The position numbers and the translations under genes are program-made. Below, in pieces: positions 17,560 through 24,000 of a DNA stretch of 24,000 nucleotides. This stretch comes from Zhouia amylolytica (lineage in GTDB: Bacteria; Bacteroidota; Bacteroidia; Flavobacteriales; Flavobacteriaceae). Positions within the stretch are counted from its first letter, which is position 1; the number at the start of each line of letters is the position of its first letter. The stretch is taken from NCBI RefSeq assembly GCF_900116365.1, contig NZ_FPAG01000004.1, positions 235,935 through 259,934 of the forward strand, read 5' to 3'. The notes below the pieces were generated by a model. That model ran no database searches. It saw only the letters and a program-made list of their open reading frames with translations, and was not told where the DNA came from.

Positions 17560-18435
17560 ATGGCTGAAATAACTGAAGAACATAAGGTTCCAAAACAGAT
17601 AGCTCCGATACGATTACAAGAGTACGGGGTTGGAATTTTTTATGCCTTGCCTACTAAGTCGGGATTGAAAAAAGCCCTTAAAAAAGAGTATATAAGGGTT
17701 AATGGGGTTATAGCGAGTACAGCAACTTTCATAAAAGGAGGGGAGATAATCGAATTAAATATTCCAGTAGCCACCACACCTCAGAAACAATTGATCTTTA
17801 AGTTGAAAGTATTGTTTGAGGATGAATACCTGGCACTTGTTCATAAACCTGCAGGAATTTTAGTAAGTGGTAATAGCTTTTATACGATTGCAAATGCCTT
17901 ATCACAGAATTTAAAACTCAGTACACAGTCTGATGCTACTAAACCACAGCCTGTTCATCGGTTGGATTATGCTACCACCGGAGTTTTACTGGTCGGAAAA
18001 ACAAGCAAGGCAATTCGAGCACTTAATAAGCTGTTTGAGGACAAGGCAATTCAAAAAACCTATTATGCCATTGCTATTGGTGAAATGGACAAGGAAGGGG
18101 TGTTAAATGAACCCATAGATGGCAAAAAGGCAAGTTCTGTGTATAAAGTTGTTCAAACAGCAGATTCTCCACGATTCAATAAATTAAATCTTGTTCAACT
18201 GGAACCGCAAACGGGTCGACGCCATCAATTACGTAAACACCTATTTGGTATCGGACATCCGATATTGGGAGATAAGGAATATTTTTTGAAAGGTTTGGTG
18301 CTGAATGGTAAAGGTGTTTATTTGCATGCCTGTGGTTTAAAATTCATTCACCCAATCACGAATGAGGCCATGGAAATTAAAGATCCTCTGCCAAAAAAGT
18401 TCTTAAAGATATTTCCGGATTCGGAGGTTATTTAG
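17560..18435 (+). CDS. RluA-family pseudouridine synthase with N-terminal S4-like domain
   Basis: 291 aa. Catalytic-Asp motif HRLDYATTGVLLVGKT. The downstream GRRHQLRKHL motif is typical of the RluA family. Confidence 0.85.
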   Translation: MAEITEEHKVPKQIAPIRLQEYGVGIFYALPTKSGLKKALKKEYIRVNGVIASTATFIKGGEIIELNIPVATTPQKQLIFKLKVLFEDEYLALVHKPAGILVSGNSFYTIANALSQNLKLSTQSDATKPQPVHRLDYATTGVLLVGKTSKAIRALNKLFEDKAIQKTYYAIAIGEMDKEGVLNEPIDGKKASSVYKVVQTADSPRFNKLNLVQLEPQTGRRHQLRKHLFGIGHPILGDKEYFLKGLVLNGKGVYLHACGLKFIHPITNEAMEIKDPLPKKFLKIFPDSEVI

Positions 18436-18590
18436 GGTGATTTTTTTCTTTCAATCATAGTTTAGCGGTTACTTACTGTGCTTTAGGAGAAATTGTCTAT
18501 CAGAAAGCTCCTTTTGTCCATTTTAAAAGCCTTTAGCATTATGAACCTTTGTATCGTCGATATTGACAAAGAATTTAAATACTTAAAACG

Positions 18591-19145
18591 ATGCAAAGAA
18601 TTGAAGCACTTAATCCTGAACAAACTACAGGGCCGTCTAAAGATTTATTTGAAGCGATACAGTCTAAATTAGGAATGGTTCCTAATATGATGAGAACAAT
18701 GGGGAATTCTCCAGCAGTACTAGGTGGGTATCTTTCACTGAGTGAATCCTTGGGTAAAAGTACCTTGGGAGGAAAATTAGGGGAGTTAATAGCACTTACG
18801 GTAGCCAATGTTAATGGATGTAATTATTGTAATGCTGCTCATTCATTTATAGGTGAAAAGTTAGTTGGTATTGATGCCAATACTATTGAAAATGCAAAAG
18901 CTGGTAAGGGCAATGATGCTAAAACTCAAGCGGCTTTAACATTTGCTCAGGTTTTATTAGCTAAAAGAGGAAGTGTTAGTACGGAGGATTTTAATGCTGT
19001 TAAAGGGGCTGGTTATACTGATGCTGAAATTGCCGAAATTATTGGTCATACGGTATTAAATATTTTTACAAACTATTTCAATAATGCCATTGAAGTAGTT
19101 GTTGATTTTCCTGAAACTGCCTTAGTTGAAACTTCAACGTTTTAA
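18591..19145 (+). CDS. Carboxymuconolactone decarboxylase (CMD)/AhpD-like alkylhydroperoxidase-family protein
   Basis: 184 aa. AhpD-core CxxC-xxx-H motif NGCNYCNAAH. Two-repeat CMD-like helical layout. Confidence 0.75.
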   Translation: MQRIEALNPEQTTGPSKDLFEAIQSKLGMVPNMMRTMGNSPAVLGGYLSLSESLGKSTLGGKLGELIALTVANVNGCNYCNAAHSFIGEKLVGIDANTIENAKAGKGNDAKTQAALTFAQVLLAKRGSVSTEDFNAVKGAGYTDAEIAEIIGHTVLNIFTNYFNNAIEVVVDFPETALVETSTF

Positions 19146-19155
19146 TACTTGCTTG

Positions 19156-19190
19156 AAAAGGGCAAGATAAATTGCTTGTCCTTTTCTTTT
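19156..19190 (+). terminator. Rho-independent terminator after the CMD/AhpD-like gene
   Basis: Stem AAAAGGGCAAG (19156-19166) pairs with CTTGTCCTTTT (19175-19185), 11 bp with one G-U. 8-nt loop. Followed by a TTTTCTTTT tract. Confidence 0.7.
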
Positions 19191-19210
19191 GCAACAAAGA
19201 CAGATTTGAT

Positions 19211-19621
19211 ATGGATATTAAAAATTTAGTACCTCCGTTTACGCTTGAATCTGCTTTGATGAAGGTGCAATTGGCAGAAGATACCTGGAACACCCGAAAC
19301 CCGAATAAAGTAGCTTTAGCTTATACCATAGATTCTGAATGGAGAAACCGGACTCAATTTATAAATGGAAGAAAGGAAATTATAGATTTCCTGACTAAAA
19401 AATGGAAAACAGAGCAATGTTACCGGTTAAGAAAGGAATTATGGGGATTTCGCAATAACCGAATCGCGGTTCGTTTTGAATACGAATATCGGGATGAGCA
19501 TCAACAATGGTACCGTGCATATGGTAATGAACTATGGGAGTTTGATGATGAGGGGTTAATGCAAAAAAGATACGCAAGTATAAATGATCTTAAGATTGAA
19601 AAGAAGGATAGAAAACTGTAA
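19211..19621 (+). CDS. DUF1348-family (NTF2/SnoaL-like fold) protein of unknown function
   Basis: [47 protein letters not shown]...[35 protein letters not shown] matches my memory of the conserved DUF1348 pattern. I chose ATG 19211 because the track's extension from 19172 overlaps the terminator hairpin. Confidence 0.7.
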   Translation: MDIKNLVPPFTLESALMKVQLAEDTWNTRNPNKVALAYTIDSEWRNRTQFINGRKEIIDFLTKKWKTEQCYRLRKELWGFRNNRIAVRFEYEYRDEHQQWYRAYGNELWEFDDEGLMQKRYASINDLKIEKKDRKL

Positions 19622-19630
19622 ATTTATTTT

Positions 19631-20524
19631 ATGATGCAGAAAAGTAAGCTGACCCTGGTTAACCCGCAAACCGGTAACCTGGCGTTTAAAATTTATGATG
19701 TTGATACTTTACAGGCTTTTGACCATATTCAAAGGCTAAATTATTATGCGTTAATATGGGTTAAAAAGGGTAAAGGAACTTTAAAAGCTGACTTTTCGGA
19801 GTATAAATTTACAGCACATACCCTGATGTGTTTTTCCCCATATCAGCCCTTCATGATCATGAGTGATACAGAAGAGGTGAAGGTGACAATCATTCACTTT
19901 CATCCGGATTTCTTCTGTATACACAAACATCAAAAAGAAGTAGCTTGTAATGGCGTTCTCTTTAACAATATTTATTGCCCACCGGTAATGGAAGTCAAGG
20001 AGCCTGTTAGTAATAAACTTGAAATGTTTATGGAACAGATCAAGAATGAACTGCAGAGTGATGCATTGGCGCAGTACGAGTCGATCATATCCTATTTGAA
20101 ACTTTTTCTTATTACCGCCTCGAGAGAAAAGACACAGCAATCGTTATCAGCTTACAGCCAAAAGGAAGCGCAGAATGAGGAGCCGTTTATTTTGCAAAAT
20201 TTAAAAGACAGTATCGAAGAGCATTATAAGACCAAACACAGTGCAAGTGACTATGCAAGAATGTTGACGATAAGCACCAAGTCATTGGGAAAACTTACTA
20301 AAAAGCATTTTGATAAAACGATTACCAACTTAATTGCTGAACGAATCGTAATTGAGGCTAAAAGGGAGTTGTATTTAACGGATAAAACGATAAAGGAAAT
20401 AGCCTATGAATTAGGGTATAGCGATGAATATTATTTTAGCCGGTTCTTCAAAAAGAATGTAGAAATATCACCTCAAATGTATAGAGAAACTGTAGGTTTT
20501 AATAGATTAGCAACAGGTAGATAA
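19631..20524 (+). CDS. AraC-family transcriptional regulator
   Basis: 297 aa. N-terminal cupin-like sensor region. C-terminal double HTH (SASDYARMLTISTKSLGKLTKKHFDKT...IKEIAYELGYSDEYYFSRFFKKNVEISPQMYR). Confidence 0.88.
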   Translation: MMQKSKLTLVNPQTGNLAFKIYDVDTLQAFDHIQRLNYYALIWVKKGKGTLKADFSEYKFTAHTLMCFSPYQPFMIMSDTEEVKVTIIHFHPDFFCIHKHQKEVACNGVLFNNIYCPPVMEVKEPVSNKLEMFMEQIKNELQSDALAQYESIISYLKLFLITASREKTQQSLSAYSQKEAQNEEPFILQNLKDSIEEHYKTKHSASDYARMLTISTKSLGKLTKKHFDKTITNLIAERIVIEAKRELYLTDKTIKEIAYELGYSDEYYFSRFFKKNVEISPQMYRETVGFNRLATGR

Positions 20525-20545
20525 ATAATTTAATTCGAAGTAGAT

Positions 20546-21028
20546 ATGAACGGGAAAACCTTAATAGAGCAATTAGACTTACAACCCCATCCGGAGGGAG
20601 GGTATTATAAGGAAACTTATCGATCTACAGAAACGACTTTGAATCGTGATGGAGAGAAAAGAAATGTGTGTACTGCTATCCATTTTCTTCTTGAAGATAT
20701 GGATAAATCGCATTTTCATCGAATCCAATCTGATGAGCTTTGGTTCTTTCATAAGGGTGCGCCCCTGGAAATATATTATATATCAGAAGGTATACTTCAT
20801 ACCGTTGTCTTAGGTGATAATTTAGAAAAGGGGGAAAGGTTATTTTATAAAATACCTGCCAACACCTGGTTTGCGTGTAAGGTTAAAGACGAAAAGGGCT
20901 TCACCCTTGTAAGTTGTACCGTGGCTCCAGGATTTGATTTTGCTGATTTTGAATTGGCAACGAATGCTCAACTAAAGAAGGAATTCCCCGATCTGAAGAG
21001 TGTAATAGATGAATTTACATTGGAATAG
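20546..21028 (+). CDS. DUF985/cupin_5-family cupin protein
   Basis: 160 aa. N-terminal signature LDLQPHPEGGYYKETYRS and a later WFFHKG...TWF...GFTLVSCTVAPGFDFADFEL. Confidence 0.75.
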   Translation: MNGKTLIEQLDLQPHPEGGYYKETYRSTETTLNRDGEKRNVCTAIHFLLEDMDKSHFHRIQSDELWFFHKGAPLEIYYISEGILHTVVLGDNLEKGERLFYKIPANTWFACKVKDEKGFTLVSCTVAPGFDFADFELATNAQLKKEFPDLKSVIDEFTLE

Positions 21029-21100
21029 CTGATAGCCTCAGATATATAATTATTGATGCTATGGGTTTCTTTGTCCCTGTCTCCATACAATTTTAAGCAA

Positions 21101-21808
21101 ATGGACAACATTATAGAATTAATCAGAAATGAATTAAAAGAAAATAGTTCTGTTAGAGCTCGGGAGAGCGGATACCGTTTTTTTAAAGAAGAGGTAAGGC
21201 TTTATGGGGTTAAAGCGGCTGTAGTTCGTAAAATTGGTAAAGAGTATTTTAAAGAAATTAAAGTAGCAGACAAACAGACTATTTTTAATTTGTGCGAAAC
21301 CTTGTGGCAATCGGGTTTTATGGAAGAATCGTTTATTGCCTGCCATTGGTCTTATTATATTCGCAAACAATACGAGCGAGAAGATTTTGAGGTTTTTAAA
21401 AAATGGGTGAATACCTATGTAAATAACTGGGCTTCGTGTGATACCCTATGTAATCATACTGTAGGAACCTTTGTAGTGATGTATCCTGAATATATAGAGG
21501 AATTAAAAAAATGGACAACTTCCGAAAACAGGTGGGTAAGGCGGGCAGCAGCAGTATCTCTGATAGTTCCGGCAAAAAAGGGTGAATTTCTGGATGATGT
21601 TTTTGATATAGCTGATAGGCTATTGTTAGATGAAGACTATTTGGTGCTAAAAGGTTACGGATGGTTGTTAAAAGTAGCCAGCCAGGTACATCAAAGAAAA
21701 GTTTTTGAATATGTAATGGATAAAAAAGATGTAATGCCTCGTACCTCTTTACGTTATGCAATTGAAAAAATGACTTCTGAAAGGAAAAAACAAGCAATGA
21801 AAAAGTAA
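21101..21808 (+). CDS. DNA alkylation repair protein (AlkD-like HEAT-repeat family)
   Basis: HEAT-like helical repeats with family-typical ...WVNNWASCDTLC... and ...ENRWVRRAAAVSLI... I prefer the start at ATG 21101 (MDNIIELI). The 16 hydrophobic codons upstream, from 21053, look non-native. Confidence 0.7.
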   Translation: MDNIIELIRNELKENSSVRARESGYRFFKEEVRLYGVKAAVVRKIGKEYFKEIKVADKQTIFNLCETLWQSGFMEESFIACHWSYYIRKQYEREDFEVFKKWVNTYVNNWASCDTLCNHTVGTFVVMYPEYIEELKKWTTSENRWVRRAAAVSLIVPAKKGEFLDDVFDIADRLLLDEDYLVLKGYGWLLKVASQVHQRKVFEYVMDKKDVMPRTSLRYAIEKMTSERKKQAMKK

Positions 21809-21917
21809 GAAGTACACTAAAACATTCAATACAGTTTGATATGGCTATGACTAGTTTTATGGTCTCAACACTTAAAGCTGAACACTGAGTAGTAACAGCA
21901 TGGAAGATACTAACGAT

Positions 21918-22391
21918 TTATTTAATCAACTCATTTACTTTGTCATATACCATATGGCTTTCCCATCCACGATACAACAGGTAATCGGCTAATTTTTTCT
22001 TTTTTTTATACAAATTGCGTTCAGTCAGTTGATCTAAACGTTTTTTAGCCAATGCATCGAAGGTCTTATAATATGCTTTGTCAGGGATTTCCTTTAAAGC
22101 AGTTTGAATGTTGTATTTAGAGATGTCCCGAGCTTTTAATTCTCTTATAATTCGATTTCGACCCCATTTTTTATGATTGAATTTGCCACGGGCGAAACTT
22201 TTGGAAAAGCGTTCCTCATTTAAGAAGTTATGTTCTATTAAATGTCCGACGATCGTGTCTATAGCTAATGGAATCATACCCATTTGCGTTAGTTTGGCAA
22301 CAACCTCTTTATGGCAGCGGTCTTGATAGGCACAATAGGCTTCCAGTTTACGTTTGGCTTCATCGACCGTATACGAACGTTTTTCAATCAT
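21918..22391 (-). CDS. recX: Regulatory protein RecX
   Basis: 157 aa. The N-terminus (A..KLE.YCAYQDRCHKEV..KL) and repeated three-helix units (FLNEERFSKSFARGKF...WGRNRIIRELKARDIS) are typical of Bacteroidota RecX. Confidence 0.8.
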   Translation of the reverse strand: MIEKRSYTVDEAKRKLEAYCAYQDRCHKEVVAKLTQMGMIPLAIDTIVGHLIEHNFLNEERFSKSFARGKFNHKKWGRNRIIRELKARDISKYNIQTALKEIPDKAYYKTFDALAKKRLDQLTERNLYKKKKKLADYLLYRGWESHMVYDKVNELIK

Positions 22392-22600
22392 GGTGTAAAG
22401 AAACGAAAAAAGATTTTTCTATATTAGAGCGAAAATTCATCGTAACAGAATTTAAAAAACTTTTAAATAGTAGTATTTAATCGTTATCTAAGGACGAAAT
22501 AGGGCTATAGTTTATGGCCGGGATAAAACTTTTGAATGAGCGCTATGTTTTGGTATTCAGTGGACAATAAAAATTATAACTTTATTAATTACATATTTAT

Positions 22601-22819
22601 ATGACACACTTTTTAGGAATGATCGGCCCATGGCAGATCCTTATGTTGATTTTAATTCTTTTTATAATTCCCGTAATTTTTGCAATAATTGATATTGTTA
22701 AACATGAATTTGAAGGGTATGGAAAAATTATTTGGTTGCTAGTTGTTTTATTTTTCTACCCTATAGGAGTTATACTTTACTTCCTGATAGGAAGAAGTCA
22801 GCGGATAAAGAAGGTGTGA
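22601..22819 (+). CDS. PLDc_N (phospholipase-D-nuclease N-terminal) domain small membrane protein
   Basis: 72 aa, two hydrophobic helices. Signature KIIWLLVVLFFYPIGVILYFLIGRSQ. Confidence 0.65.
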   Translation: MTHFLGMIGPWQILMLILILFIIPVIFAIIDIVKHEFEGYGKIIWLLVVLFFYPIGVILYFLIGRSQRIKKV

Positions 22820-22939
22820 TTGTTCTAATCGCTTGTTTTTCATGGTTGTAGAAGGCAAATTTTTCTTAACTTCATAGTCCATTAAGGAAAGATCCTGGTT
22901 ATTAGGGTCTGAATTGCTAACCGTCAAACAAAATAACTC

Positions 22940-24000
22940 ATGAAAAACTTTTCATCATTTTTGGTGTTAGGGTTGCTGTTGATAGGCGTTACCGCTCAAT
23001 CACAGAATGTAAACGACACCAGATTGTTAAATTCCCCTGCAATTAGTAATGACCAAATCGCATTTGTTTATGCTGAAGACCTATGGATCGCTGATAAAGA
23101 TGGCTCGAATCCAAAACGATTAACTATCGATGAAGGAAGGGAGTCGAATCCGGTTTTTTCACCGGATGGGTCTATGATCGCATTCAGTGCGGAATACGAT
23201 GGGAATACCGATGTGTTTGTGATTCCTTCAACAGGAGGAGTTCCTAAACGATTAACCTGGCATCCTTCGTGGGATATTGTTAGGGGTTTTACTCCGGATG
23301 GAGCGGTGTTATTTAACTCCAGACGTACGAATTATACGAATCGACACGCAAAGCTGTATACTGTAAGTGTGGACGGAGGGCAGCCAAAAGAATTGCCCAT
23401 TCCCACGGTTTTTAGAGGTACTATTTCAGGCAATGGAAATTACATAGCCTATAACCCGAATTACGAAGCATTCAATCAATGGAAGCATTATCGCGGTGGT
23501 ACACAAGCCCGTATTTGGGTGTATAACAGGAGCAATAAAAGAGTAAGTGAAATTCCGAAGCCGGCATCGGGGTCAAATGATGCGCATCCGCAATGGATTG
23601 GGAATAAGGTGTACTTCAGAAGTGATAGAAATGGTGAATTCAATTTATTCTCTTATGATATTAATACCAAAGAGGTAGATCAACATACTAATTATACTGA
23701 TTTCCCGGTTATAGGAATGGGCTCGAATGGTGAAGAGCTCATTTATGAACAGGGTGGGTATTTACATATTTTCAATCCGGAATCAAACTCCAGTGAGAAA
23801 ATAACGGTGGGTATAGCTACCGATTTACTTGAAATGAGGCCGCGGTTTGTTTCGGGGGCTAATTATATTCGAAGTGCCGGTATTTCACCTTCAGGAGTCA
23901 GAGCAGTATTTGATTTTAGGGGTGACATTGTTACTGTGCCAGCTGATAAAGGTGACGTCAACTATATCACTCAGACCCCCGGGGTTCATGAAAAGGAGCC
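22940..24000 (+). CDS. Tricorn-protease-homologue / S41-family peptidase, N-terminal beta-propeller part (partial, continues beyond the window)
   Basis: Not in the supplied ORF track because it is open at the window end. I translated it by hand from ATG 22940: MKNFSSFLVLGLLLIGVTAQSQ (signal peptide), then ...LLNSPAISNDQIAFVYAEDLWIADKDGSNPKRLTIDEGRESNPVFSPDGSMIAFSAEYDGNTDVFVIPSTGGVPKRLTWHPS... No stop codon through 24000. TolB/tricorn-like propeller repeats. Confidence 0.85.
   Translation, partial: MKNFSSFLVLGLLLIGVTAQSQNVNDTRLLNSPAISNDQIAFVYAEDLWIADKDGSNPKRLTIDEGRESNPVFSPDGSMIAFSAEYDGNTDVFVIPSTGGVPKRLTWHPSWDIVRGFTPDGAVLFNSRRTNYTNRHAKLYTVSVDGGQPKELPIPTVFRGTISGNGNYIAYNPNYEAFNQWKHYRGGTQARIWVYNRSNKRVSEIPKPASGSNDAHPQWIGNKVYFRSDRNGEFNLFSYDINTKEVDQHTNYTDFPVIGMGSNGEELIYEQGGYLHIFNPESNSSEKITVGIATDLLEMRPRFVSGANYIRSAGISPSGVRAVFDFRGDIVTVPADKGDVNYITQTPGVHEKE

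Noticed and set aside
21396-21797. The longest shadow ORF (133 aa, minus strand), opposite the AlkD-like gene.
   Set aside because: It overlaps the HEAT-repeat CDS completely, which has family-typical motifs (WVRRAAAVSL). The antisense translation has no signal, motif or start context supporting expression.

Overview
The window looks like ordinary chromosomal core sequence from a Bacteroidota, probably Flavobacteriia. This lineage call is an inference from four things: a CarboxypepD_reg-type TonB-dependent receptor, a stand-alone atpD-atpC pair with a short epsilon subunit, TAnnTTTG-type promoter boxes, and no Shine-Dalgarno sites. Gene order is as follows. (1) A TonB-dependent receptor with an SGNH/GDSL surface lipoprotein. 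(2) atpD-atpC. (3) An M61 peptidase on the minus strand. (4) A biotin cluster: bioF-bioD-bioA, a small antisense membrane-protein gene, a stand-alone KAS I/II-like condensing enzyme, bioB and a JmjC/cupin_8 oxygenase. (5) A Crp/Fnr regulator with a ketopantoate-reductase-family gene. (6) An RluA-family pseudouridine synthase. (7) An AhpD/CMD-like gene, DUF1348, an AraC regulator and a DUF985 cupin. (8) An AlkD-like DNA alkylation repair protein, recX on the minus strand, and a PLDc_N mini membrane protein. (9) The 5' part of a tricorn-type peptidase, which runs off the window end and is absent from the ORF track. I found no CRISPR array, transposase, integrase, phage gene, toxin-antitoxin pair, recognisable defence system, tRNA or rRNA. 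The best candidate for undescribed biology is the biotin cluster. It carries bioF/D/A/B but no recognisable pimeloyl-thioester genes (bioC/H/G/K/J/V, bioW, bioI, bioZ). In their place it has a FabF/FabB-like enzyme with an intact Cys-His-His triad and a JmjC-type Fe(II)/2OG oxygenase, plus several unexplained palindromes in its intergenic regions. All functional calls come from reading motifs in the translated ORFs. No database search was possible.
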